Shown here in pieces: positions 1 to 7,742 of a stretch of DNA of 64,000 bases. Below the pieces are notes generated by a model that did not search any database, was not told the origin of the DNA, and saw only the letters and a program-made list of their open reading frames with translations. This DNA is from Butyricicoccus pullicaecorum. GTDB taxonomy: Bacteria > Bacillota > Clostridia > Oscillospirales > Butyricicoccaceae. Within the stretch, counting starts at the first letter, position 1. Each line of letters begins with the position of its first letter. The DNA lies in contig JAGZIW010000006.1 in NCBI GenBank assembly GCA_018366035.1, positions 126,847 to 190,846 on the forward strand. The letters are read 5' to 3'. Made by a program: the position numbers and the translations under genes.

Positions 1-1008
1 GTGACCAAAAAGGTTACCGATTTGTTGGACGCAAAGGGAATGGCATATACATTGTATTCGGATATTAAACCAAATCCAACCATTGAGAATGTAAAGGCGG
101 GTGTAGAGGCATATAAGGCTTCGGGCGCGGATTATATGATTGCTATTGGCGGCGGTTCCTCTATGGATACCGGTAAGGCAATTGGCATTATTATCAACAA
201 TCCGGAGTTTGCAGATGTGCGTTCTTTGGAGGGCGTAGCGCCGACCAAAAATCGTACTGTATTTACCATTGCCGTTCCGACAACTGCGGGCACGGCTGCC
301 GAGGCAACCATCAACTATGTCATTACAGACGTGGAAAAGAAACGCAAGTTTGTTTGTGTAGATACAAATGATATTCCAGATGTTGCGGTTGTAGATCCAG
401 AAATGATGGCAAGTATGCCGAAGAAACTGACCGCTGCAACCGGTATGGACGCCCTGACCCATGCAATTGAAGGCTACACCACAAAGGCAGCATGGGAGTT
501 AGCGGACTGCCTGAACCTTGAGGCAATTCGTCTGATTTCTAGAGGTCTGCGCAGTGCAGTCAATGGGGAAGACGCAGGACGTGAGGATATGGCGCTGGGT
601 CAGTTTGTAACAGGTATGGCATTTTCGAATGTTGGTTTGGGTATTGCGCATTCAATGGCGCATACATTGGGTGCAGTATATGATACACCACATGGTGTTG
701 CCTGTGCAATGATGCTGCCGATTGTTATGGAGTATAATGCAGAGTGCAGCGGAGAGAAATATAAGGCGATTGCGGAGGCAATGGGTGTTGATACAACGGG
801 AATGGATCAGCTGGCTTACCGTAAGGCTGCCATTGATGCAGTGCGCCAGCTGTCTGTTGATGTTGGAATTCCGACTAAGCTGGAAGCACTCCGCGAGGAG
901 GACCTTGATTTTCTGGCAGAGTCCGCTTTTGCAGACGCTTGCTGCCCGGGCAATCCGAAGGATACTAATGTTGCGGATTTGAAGGAACTGTTCCGCAAAT
1001 TACAGTGA
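1..1008 (+). CDS. Iron-containing (group III) alcohol dehydrogenase, FucO/lactaldehyde-reductase-like. The 5' end is cut by the window edge.
   Basis: ORF 1..1008. Fe-ADH motifs are present (GGGSSMDTGK, HAIEGYTT, metal-site GIAHSMAHTLG). The family is typically about 385 aa, so about 50 N-terminal residues lie outside the window. Confidence 0.85.
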   Translation: MTKKVTDLLDAKGMAYTLYSDIKPNPTIENVKAGVEAYKASGADYMIAIGGGSSMDTGKAIGIIINNPEFADVRSLEGVAPTKNRTVFTIAVPTTAGTAAEATINYVITDVEKKRKFVCVDTNDIPDVAVVDPEMMASMPKKLTAATGMDALTHAIEGYTTKAAWELADCLNLEAIRLISRGLRSAVNGEDAGREDMALGQFVTGMAFSNVGLGIAHSMAHTLGAVYDTPHGVACAMMLPIVMEYNAECSGEKYKAIAEAMGVDTTGMDQLAYRKAAIDAVRQLSVDVGIPTKLEALREEDLDFLAESAFADACCPGNPKDTNVADLKELFRKLQ

Positions 1009-1110
1009 TAGAGGTTTACATATTTTGTAAGAACAAAGAGTGGTGCCGTATAAACAGCACCACTCTTTGTTTATCATCATATTTGAAATTCAAAAGCGAT
1101 TTTTTGGTAC

Positions 1111-1602
1111 TCACTCTGCACGTGAATCCGCGATTTGATTTGCACGTACCGTCGCATAAGCAGTTCCGCCTGTGACACTTTCAATTTTAATGCGGAATTG
1201 GCAGTTGGAACTGTCACTGCCTACATAAAATACCTCCTGCCGCTTTTCTCCTGGATTCATTTGCGGAGACATGGCAGAGACGATTTCTCCTTTTCCAATG
1301 TCATATAAATAGACATGGACAGGCTCTGAATCTTTTGGCACTTCACAGTACCAACGGAGATAGAAGCCCTCTCCCTTTTCCATAATAAATCTTGGGGTTT
1401 CATCTGTTCCGCGGCTGCCTGTATCCAAATTCCATTCCTGTAAAAGTGGATATGGCTGTGCTGGGGAAGATGCCAGAGCAGAAGCGTTGTCTGATTGGAT
1501 ATTTTGCGCTGTATCGACTGCATCAGCACGCATTACAGCGGCAGAGAGCAGCATGCAGCCCACAAACATAGCACTCAGGACTCTTTTTGCTTGATATTTC
1601 AT
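1111..1602 (-). CDS. Hypothetical secreted protein, about 163 aa.
   Basis: Internal Met start (MKYQAKRV..) followed by a signal peptide (…LLSAAVMRADA). There are no recognisable catalytic motifs. It lies downstream of repeat element B1. Confidence 0.55.
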   Translation of the reverse strand: MKYQAKRVLSAMFVGCMLLSAAVMRADAVDTAQNIQSDNASALASSPAQPYPLLQEWNLDTGSRGTDETPRFIMEKGEGFYLRWYCEVPKDSEPVHVYLYDIGKGEIVSAMSPQMNPGEKRQEVFYVGSDSSNCQFRIKIESVTGGTAYATVRANQIADSRAE

Positions 1603-1663
1603 GATAACACCCGCTTTTGCTATCAGATACTTAGTTTTTACTTGGAAGGAGTCAGATATATGA

Positions 1664-1836
1664 CATACAATGCCATAGTATAAAAACAGACACACCAAAG
1701 CGCTAGAGTGTGTCTGAAATATATTCCAAATCGGCAGAAAATAGAAAGAAAAGAAACAGATATACGCAAAGAATGGATCTCTGCCGAAGTTGGACGATTT
1801 AATAATTTTCTGTGTTCGTTCAGCTTATATTTACAG
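1664..1836. repeat. Repeat element B, copy 1, about 170 bp and about 85-90% identical to 2139..2300.
   Basis: Direct alignment by eye of 1664..1836 with 2139..2300. Both copies contain the hairpin CAGACACAC…GTGTGTCTG. Confidence 0.8.
1679..1716 (-). terminator. Intrinsic terminator-like hairpin inside B1, read on the minus strand.
   Basis: Minus strand reads CAGACACAC-(12 nt)-GTGTGTCTG followed by TTTTTAT. It lies between the A1 promoter and gene 1111..1602. Confidence 0.55.
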
Positions 1837-1980
1837 CGATAGAATCTATCGCATCTTAATAGCTTATGCAAAGCGGTGCTTAAATCACCATTTTCTTGCT
1901 GCTGCCAGTTTGCATGTCTCATAAGCTGCCTTACGACGTTAAATGTCAAATGATGTTTGCCCATGTTTTTTGAAGGGTTT

Positions 1981-2133
1981 ATATACATAATAGCATACAG
2001 ATGTACAATATACAATACCGCAGCAGAGAATGACCATATATAGCAGAGATTGGTAAAAATGATAGTACTACCATAGAGTAGAAAGCGTCTGTGGATATCA
2101 GCCTGTTTGTCGAGTTTCGGAAAACGGGTGAAA
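1981..2133. repeat. Repeat element A, copy 1, about 150 bp and homologous to 3466..3620.
   Basis: It shares a 42-nt identical block (GCAGAGAATGACCATATATAGCAGAGATTGGTAAAAATGATA) with A2, and the flanks are similar. Confidence 0.8.
1987..2015 (-). promoter_or_regulatory. Predicted sigma-A-type promoter in A1, minus strand.
   Basis: Minus strand reads TTGTAT -17 nt- TATTAT. This geometry is conserved with A2. The direct repeats TCTCTGC at 2023..2029 and 2043..2049 lie 7 nt upstream of the -35. Confidence 0.45.
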
Positions 2134-2138
2134 TGCAG

Positions 2139-2300
2139 CATACAATGCCATAGTATAAAAATAGACACACCAAAGCGACTCTGGTGTGTCTGAATATATT
2201 CCAAACCGGCAGAAAATAGAAAGAAAAGAAAAAGATATACACAAAGGATCTGCCGGAGTTGGACAATTTTGTATTTTTCTGTGTTTATTCAGTTTACCTT
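2139..2300. repeat. Repeat element B, copy 2.
   Basis: Homologous to 1664..1836. It lies immediately downstream on the minus strand of CDS 2342..3424. Confidence 0.8.
2152..2192 (-). terminator. Intrinsic terminator of gene 2342..3424, inside B2.
   Basis: Minus strand reads AGACACACC-(11 nt)-GGTGTGTCT followed by ATTTTTATA. Confidence 0.65.
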
Positions 2301-2341
2301 AGAAATACTTCTTAAATTATTTAACAGATTCAAAGAATTTA

Positions 2342-3424
2342 TCATAATTTCTCAAGCAATATGATACGCATAATATTAGAGTTGTCTGCTCGGAAACACT
2401 GTTCAGCGGCAGACAATCCGTTGGAATTGGAGAACATCATATTGCGGCAAGTGTCCTCGTCCTTGCCTTCGGCAATCGCTGTCAAAACGGCATCACAAGC
2501 AGTAATTGCTTGTTTTGCTTGTGCAATGGTTTCGTTGTAATAGTAATCCAAAACAGGTGTATCCGGCTTAGCAGTGTCCAGAACAGCCTGCATGGTTTTT
2601 TTACCAATTTCGGCACATTGCTTGATTTCGTCCTTGGTTGTTTGATTGTAATTTCGCTGCATCAGCAGAAAAATATTATTTTCCTTATCTGTTGAGCTAT
2701 TTGTACCTGTGACACTGGACGTATTTGCATCAGGTGTATATTGTTTTTGCAGATGTGCGGGAACATCACCACTCTGTGCAAGGTGTTCATAAGTAAATAA
2801 CTGTTCAATTGTGTCTATATAGGTGTTTCCAGCAGCGATTTGCGCGTCGGTCATGGCTGTGCGCAAGAAAATCATGGCTGGACCCTGTGTATCTTTTTCA
2901 CGGTAATTGATATCCATACCACATAACTCGCCGATATTGCGCACCGGAAGATAATTTGTGCTATTGTATTCAATGGGATAGATGACCTCACCGGCTGCAT
3001 TCTTAAAGGTCTGCACCTGATCATCTACGACAACCTTGATATCATCACGCAGTCTGGCAGTAATACCGTCTGTTGTCTCCTGAGAAGCGGTATCATCTTC
3101 TGGGTCGTAAGTGCCGGATTCTGCATGAATTAGCTTTTGTGTAGTACCGCTTAGTGTGATAGTTTTAGAGGACTCATTCCAAGAGACATTTTTTCCCATC
3201 CACTCACCAGCAGTACGAATCGGGATATAAGTGGTGCCATTATAGCTTAGAAAATCAATTTCTTTGCCATTTGCGTCCCAACAGTACGCTCGCCGTCCTT
3301 CGGTGTAGATACGTCCATTGATTGTATTTGCCTGAATATCAGATACAGCAAGTGCGTTCACACCACAGGACAGAATCGCTGCGGTCGTTGCGGTGAACAC
3401 CAATGTTTTCCAATATTTTTTCAT
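2342..3424 (-). CDS. Secreted protein with copper-amine-oxidase N-terminal-like repeats, about 360 aa.
   Basis: The RBS AAGAGGTG lies 7 nt before ATG(MKKYWK). A signal peptide is present. Two 'YIPIR/YLPVR'-type repeats (IDFLSYNGTTYIPIRTAGEWMG and VIYPIEYNSTNYLPVRNIGELCG) are typical of the Cu-amine-oxidase N-terminal domain common in clostridial cell-surface proteins. Confidence 0.7.
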   Translation of the reverse strand: MKKYWKTLVFTATTAAILSCGVNALAVSDIQANTINGRIYTEGRRAYCWDANGKEIDFLSYNGTTYIPIRTAGEWMGKNVSWNESSKTITLSGTTQKLIHAESGTYDPEDDTASQETTDGITARLRDDIKVVVDDQVQTFKNAAGEVIYPIEYNSTNYLPVRNIGELCGMDINYREKDTQGPAMIFLRTAMTDAQIAAGNTYIDTIEQLFTYEHLAQSGDVPAHLQKQYTPDANTSSVTGTNSSTDKENNIFLLMQRNYNQTTKDEIKQCAEIGKKTMQAVLDTAKPDTPVLDYYYNETIAQAKQAITACDAVLTAIAEGKDEDTCRNMMFSNSNGLSAAEQCFRADNSNIMRIILLEKL

Positions 3425-3465
3425 AAAAAACACCTCTTAAAATAATTATCTTATTTGAAGAATCT

Positions 3466-3620
3466 ATATGTATAGTAGCATGCAGATGTGTAATATACAA
3501 TATCACGGCAGAGAATGACCATATATAGCAGAGATTGGTAAAAATGATACATGACCATGAGATGGAAAGCCAGCTGTGGACAATCTGCACAGCATGCTTG
3601 TCTGGTTTAGGAAAGCTGGT
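3466..3620. repeat. Repeat element A, copy 2. It overlaps the last 4 codons of LytTR gene 3607..4332.
   Basis: Homologous to 1981..2133 with an identical 42-nt core block. Confidence 0.8.
3472..3500 (-). promoter_or_regulatory. Predicted promoter of gene 2342..3424 in A2, with upstream direct repeats.
   Basis: Minus strand reads TTGTAT -17 nt- TACTAT, about 40 nt upstream of the start codon. TCTCTGC repeats at 3508..3514 and 3528..3534 have a 20-bp period and lie 7 nt upstream of the -35. Confidence 0.5.
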
Positions 3621-4332
3621 GAAAACCTGTTTTTACAGACAGTTTCTGCTGAGCATTTTTTTGCAGATAGCTGAAAAATACAGCATGAAATTGTTTTCTG
3701 CGCATTCGGCTTATATTGATGTGGCTGCCGTTTATCATTTTGATGTCATCTTTCACAAAGTCTGAAATGTGATGCAGATTGATTAAGAAGCTTGCATGTA
3801 CCCGACAAAAATCATATTCTGCCAGCAGGGTTTCTACATTTTTTAATCTTGTGCGAATTGCATGTTGTCCATCAATTGTATGTGCTATCACAACGTAATT
3901 TTGACATTCAAAATATAAAATATCCTGCAAGGGCATACAAAAGGTTCTGCCATAATCATCGGTCAGAGTAATGGTTTTGCAGTTCGAAATCTGCAGCGCC
4001 TGTTGGAGCACCTCCTGAAATTTTTTCTCCTGTATCGGTTTTAGCAAATAGCGGAATGCAATACCGAATGCCTCTGCCGCACAGGTGCTTGTTTCACTCA
4101 CCAGAATAATGAGGGGCTTTTGCTTTCCCGTCATCAATATTTGGACTTGCTTCAAACGCTCTGAATGTTCTTCTTCAACATACAGGAAGATAAGCGGAAA
4201 GAACTCCTGTTTTGCACTTTCTATCAGACTTTCCATAGAATCAAAGCTGATATATGGGAGCGCTGCCGCATATTTTTGCAGCAGAGGCTCCATGCACTCA
4301 CAAATTTGAAAATCACAAATTGCTATTCTCAT
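3607..4332 (-). CDS. LytTR-family DNA-binding regulator with a degenerate N-terminal receiver domain.
   Basis: The C-terminal LytTR domain reads ITLTDDYGRTFCMPLQDILYFECQNYVVIAHTIDGQHAIR…FCRVHASFLINLHHI. The N-terminal receiver-like fold lacks the acidic pair and the phospho-acceptor Asp (FLYVEEEH sits at the expected position). Confidence 0.8.
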   Translation of the reverse strand: MRIAICDFQICECMEPLLQKYAAALPYISFDSMESLIESAKQEFFPLIFLYVEEEHSERLKQVQILMTGKQKPLIILVSETSTCAAEAFGIAFRYLLKPIQEKKFQEVLQQALQISNCKTITLTDDYGRTFCMPLQDILYFECQNYVVIAHTIDGQHAIRTRLKNVETLLAEYDFCRVHASFLINLHHISDFVKDDIKMINGSHINISRMRRKQFHAVFFSYLQKNAQQKLSVKTGFHQLS

Positions 4333-4487
4333 ACTTTAGCACCTATCCTGTCTCAGACCAAAGATCTTTTCAGTGTTTTTATGTCTGTTGTGTTTCAGTC
4401 CAACAAAAGCGAAACGTCTCTCATGATGAAAAGCAAGGGACACGCTCCTTGTTGGTTCAAAGTAATGATTTATTTAGTGGATAGGAT

Positions 4488-4754
4488 TTAGACATTGATC
4501 CAGTATGGGTCAACCCAACAGCCTTTCGTTTCATTCCAACGGCGATATTGCAACACACCGTCCGCATTCTGTCGATATTTATACACAATCTTATCTGCAT
4601 AGGGTGTTATATTAACATTAGATATCGTCATCAAAGATGTGGGCGTTACCGAAGTATTAATCTGTATGTTATGTAGTTCTGCTGCACTAGCTGCGCTTAT
4701 ACAAGCGCTTATGGATAGTAGAGTACCTAATGTACCGATAAATTTGAATTTCAT
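4488..4754 (-). CDS. Small secreted protein, 88 aa with a mature part of about 64 aa.
   Basis: A strong RBS GAGGAGGAG lies 8 nt before ATG(MKFKF). The signal peptide MKFKFIGTLGTLLSISACISAASAA is followed by ELHN. The gene abuts the stop of the blaR1-like gene, consistent with co-transcription. Confidence 0.55.
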   Translation of the reverse strand: MKFKFIGTLGTLLSISACISAASAAELHNIQINTSVTPTSLMTISNVNITPYADKIVYKYRQNADGVLQYRRWNETKGCWVDPYWINV

Positions 4755-4758
4755 TGTA

Positions 4759-5925
4759 TTACTCCTCCTCATATATTATTGGAAAGTCTGTATGTTTTTT
4801 GAAAAAATTGAAATTTTCTTCGGAGATTTGCTTAGAGTTTGTTCCTTCGATATGAATCCAATAAGTCCCATCTTTTTTGATTTCCATCTGAGTATTTGAT
4901 GGAGTCAAATCAATCGCATTCGGCTCAGTACTGGGCGGTGCTTCGTATACTGGCTGCGGGAGCAGAATATAGGATAGCGACAGCATGAGCACACAAACCA
5001 GCGTAACCAGAAAATGAGACAGCCTGTGCGTGTTTTTGGGGGGATAGTGCATGACCGCCTGAAAGCGCTCCTTGATATTTTTTGTGTCGTCAGAATGAAT
5101 AAATGCGGTTGCCGTATAGCAGGCTGGTTTGGACGGGGATATATTGCGCATCGCCATGACGATTGTGCGCAAATAAGCTGCTTTTTCCGGTTTCTTCATG
5201 TCACGAACCACGATGGTATCGCACTTGATTTCCAGCATTTGCTCTAAATCTTCCCTCAGCAAATATACAATGGGATTCCACCAGAAGATACAGCAAAATA
5301 TCGAAACTATAAATTTGATTAAGATATCGTGGTTTTGAAAGTGCGTATATTCGTGGAGCAGGATATAATACAGCTCCTCGTCGGTATACACATTTTTTGG
5401 AAGTAAAATTGCTTTGTGGAATAAACCAACACCAAAGGGGACTTCGATATTGGGCATTGTATAGAGGGAAACTTTTTGCGGCTTTGCAAACCTTCTCTGT
5501 ACCGATTCAAAGACCGTATATGCCTGTGTATGGCACATGCTGGCGTATTTTCGAATCTGTACACAGGCTTTGTGATAGCGGAAGAAATGCCGAATGAGCA
5601 GGAGAGTGGTAATTCCAGCCCAAAGTATGAGCAGAGCCTGTCCCACAGAAAGCGGAAAGCCAAATAACTCCATGAAATGTGTTTTCAAAAGGTTGCGGAG
5701 CGGCACATAGAACCACGCATATAGATATTTGTCGCCCAATACAATCACCTGCGCAATTTCCGCAGGAAAGAAGGCACGTGCCATACTCAGCAGATAGAGC
5801 ACAAGGATAGCCCAAAGACTAAATCCGCTTTTGACACAGTATAGCCTGCGAAGAACATACATGCCGCCAATTAAAAGTGTGCTCCAGAATATGGACGCCA
5901 AAAAAGAGCATAATGTTATCTGCAT
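4759..5925 (-). CDS. BlaR1/MecR1-family M56 zinc-metallopeptidase signal transducer lacking a penicillin-binding sensor domain.
   Basis: The HExxH motif LLHEYTHFQNHD is present with multiple N-terminal TM helices and a short C-terminal extracellular tail without SxxK/KTG motifs. The ATG(MQITL) start lies just after the blaI stop. Confidence 0.8.
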   Translation of the reverse strand: MQITLCSFLASIFWSTLLIGGMYVLRRLYCVKSGFSLWAILVLYLLSMARAFFPAEIAQVIVLGDKYLYAWFYVPLRNLLKTHFMELFGFPLSVGQALLILWAGITTLLLIRHFFRYHKACVQIRKYASMCHTQAYTVFESVQRRFAKPQKVSLYTMPNIEVPFGVGLFHKAILLPKNVYTDEELYYILLHEYTHFQNHDILIKFIVSIFCCIFWWNPIVYLLREDLEQMLEIKCDTIVVRDMKKPEKAAYLRTIVMAMRNISPSKPACYTATAFIHSDDTKNIKERFQAVMHYPPKNTHRLSHFLVTLVCVLMLSLSYILLPQPVYEAPPSTEPNAIDLTPSNTQMEIKKDGTYWIHIEGTNSKQISEENFNFFKKHTDFPIIYEEE

Positions 5926-5926
5926 A

Positions 5927-6355
5927 TCAATCTTTCTCCTGATCGGTTTCTTCAAAGATATCGATCATCTGTTCCAGTTCGTCAATCAGCTTTTCATATT
6001 TTGTGCGGTCGGTTTTCTTATCCTCTTTTTTTACAAGTGCCATGGCGATTTTTGCAAAGGAACTTGTGTTCACGCCTTGCTGTGCGAGCAGTTCAGCAAC
6101 ATATTCCTCCTTGCTCATGCAAGGCTTGAATTGTCTGGTATACCGCTTGCCCGACTTTACAAAGCCGCAGACCGCAAGGAATTCGGACTCCTCTAAAATG
6201 CCCAGCATTTTATGGATATAACTCATGCTCCAGTTTGCGGCTTCTGGATACTCTTTTGCCAGCGGCAGGATTTCCAAGCTGGTCAGCGGAACTCCCTGAT
6301 CCCAAAAAATATTGAGTAATGTTTCTTCGGAGTTGGATAGCTTCTTTTTATTCAT
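5927..6355 (-). CDS. blaI: BlaI/MecI/CopY-family transcriptional repressor.
   Basis: It is a 142-aa winged-helix repressor (…SNSEETLLNIFWDQGVPLTSLEIL…SYIHKMLGILEESEFL…) immediately upstream of the M56 peptidase gene. The RBS is AAAGGTGA. Confidence 0.8.
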   Translation of the reverse strand: MNKKKLSNSEETLLNIFWDQGVPLTSLEILPLAKEYPEAANWSMSYIHKMLGILEESEFLAVCGFVKSGKRYTRQFKPCMSKEEYVAELLAQQGVNTSSFAKIAMALVKKEDKKTDRTKYEKLIDELEQMIDIFEETDQEKD

Positions 6356-6414
6356 GGCAATCACCTTTCCTCACATATAATAACCATTTTGGTTTTTATA
6401 TATTTTATGGGGTT

Positions 6415-6443
6415 ATTATAATCAGATTTTGCTCAAAAGTCAA
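6415..6443 (-). promoter_or_regulatory. Consensus sigma-A promoter for the blaI operon.
   Basis: Minus strand reads TTGACT -17 nt- TATAAT, about 55 nt upstream of the blaI ATG. The inverted repeats TATAATAACC…GGTTATTATA in the leader are a candidate BlaI operator. Confidence 0.6.
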
Positions 6444-6461
6444 TATCATAATGGAATATAA

Positions 6462-6497
6462 AAAAAGCATTGATTCAAAAATCAATGCTTTTATCGT
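6462..6497 (-). terminator. Intrinsic terminator downstream of the GNAT gene (bidirectional hairpin).
   Basis: AAAAAAGCATTGATT-CAAAAA-TCAATGCTTTTAT, with A and T runs on both sides. Confidence 0.7.
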
Positions 6498-6508
6498 ATC
6501 TGTAAATT

Positions 6509-6790
6509 TTAGGATTCCTCCGCCAGCAGGTCTGCATGCTCAGGGTGCTGAGAAAACCATTTTTGTGCATAAGAGCAGGTGGGAATCGCTTTTTGACCCT
6601 TGCTGCGCAGCTCCTGTGTGAGTGCATCAATCAGCTTTCCAGCAACGCCTTGTCCTCTCAGCGAGGAGTCTACAACAGTGGAGGTGATTTCTATGGTGTC
6701 CTCAGTTCTGCTGGCAAATGCTACAAAGGCAATTTCTTCCCCGTTTTGATTTTCGAGCCAAATACGTCCTGTTTTCTTTTTGAAATCCAT
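6509..6790 (-). CDS. Small GNAT-family N-acetyltransferase.
   Basis: The 93-aa protein carries the acetyl-CoA binding motif RGQGVAGKLIDAL. Confidence 0.7.
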   Translation of the reverse strand: MDFKKKTGRIWLENQNGEEIAFVAFASRTEDTIEITSTVVDSSLRGQGVAGKLIDALTQELRSKGQKAIPTCSYAQKWFSQHPEHADLLAEES

Positions 6791-6821
6791 TTTGAAAACT
6801 CCTTTTTTTGATATCTTGTGA

Positions 6822-6867
6822 TATGGAAAACAAAGACCGTAAGCAGCTTACGCATTGCTTGCGGTCT
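6822..6867 (-). terminator. Intrinsic terminator downstream of the dsrE-like/trx operon.
   Basis: Minus strand reads AGACCGCAAGCA-loop-TGCTTACGGTCT followed by TTGTTTTCC. Confidence 0.55.
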
Positions 6868-6886
6868 GAATGTTTCTGATTGAAAA

Positions 6887-7258
6887 TCAGGTGAGCTGTA
6901 AAGAGCCTTTTGCGTTCATCAGCAGGGATACGACATCTGGTGCATTGATCAGTTCAAAGCGGCTGTCCATATCCTCGGCAGTAAAACCATTGTGGAGCAT
7001 GCAGGCGTTGCAAATGCAGACTTGACCGCCCAGCTGCAGGAATTCCTCCAGTTGTCCGCTGACCTCCGCAAAAGGAGCGCCAATGTCAATGCCCTTGGTG
7101 GCATTGGGCTTGCCGAGCGCTACCGCATCTACCATCAGAATGATGGTAGCGCTGTGTCCCTGCTTGAGTGCATTGAGTCCCATCACAACTGCAACTGTGA
7201 CATGATTGGGATTGGATTTTCCCTCGAATAAAGTCACTACGAAATCTGTATTGCGCAT
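6887..7258 (-). CDS. DsrE/DsrF-like family protein.
   Basis: The 123-aa sequence (VAVVMGLNALKQGH…CICNACM) fits the DsrE/DsrF fold family. Confidence 0.65.
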   Translation of the reverse strand: MRNTDFVVTLFEGKSNPNHVTVAVVMGLNALKQGHSATIILMVDAVALGKPNATKGIDIGAPFAEVSGQLEEFLQLGGQVCICNACMLHNGFTAEDMDSRFELINAPDVVSLLMNAKGSLQLT

Positions 7259-7285
7259 TGAAAATTCCCTCCTAATTGCTTTGAT

Positions 7286-7594
7286 TTAATCCAGCATTGC
7301 CAGAATTTGTTCCTTTGGGCGTGCACCGACTGCATGATTGGTGATTTTTCCATTCTTTACGACCATGAGGGTGGGGATACTTGCAACCTGAAACTGTCCA
7401 GCCAGTTCCTGTTCATCTTGTACGTTGATTTTTACAACCTTGATTTCTGGGTGCTCCTCTGCAATTTCCTCTACAATCGGAACGACCATACGGCAGGGGC
7501 CACACCATGGTGCCCAGAAATCCAGAAGGACAGGCTTATCACTTTCGACAACCTCATGATGAAAATTGCTTTTATTTACATTGATTGCAGACAT
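7286..7594 (-). CDS. trxA: Thioredoxin.
   Basis: WAPWCGPC active-site motif in a 102-aa protein. Confidence 0.9.
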   Translation of the reverse strand: MSAINVNKSNFHHEVVESDKPVLLDFWAPWCGPCRMVVPIVEEIAEEHPEIKVVKINVQDEQELAGQFQVASIPTLMVVKNGKITNHAVGARPKEQILAMLD

Positions 7595-7742
7595 TGTAAT
7601 GTCCTCCTTTGTTTTCTTTTATGCGTTTACTATAACACGTTTCCGTTTCCGCTTCTGTAACTTTATCACAGAGAAAGGGAGAGATAGCAAGAGCCTGTAT
7701 AGAGAACTATACAGGCTCATTTCTGTTTATAAAGATATATTG

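Noticed and set aside
1638-2266. Minus-strand ORFs 1638..2204 (188 aa) and 1979..2266 (95 aa).
   Set aside because: They run through the duplicated A and B repeat elements and the terminator hairpins. Their translations are hydrophobic and low-complexity, and they lack RBS and domains. The region is better explained as promoter and terminator repeats.
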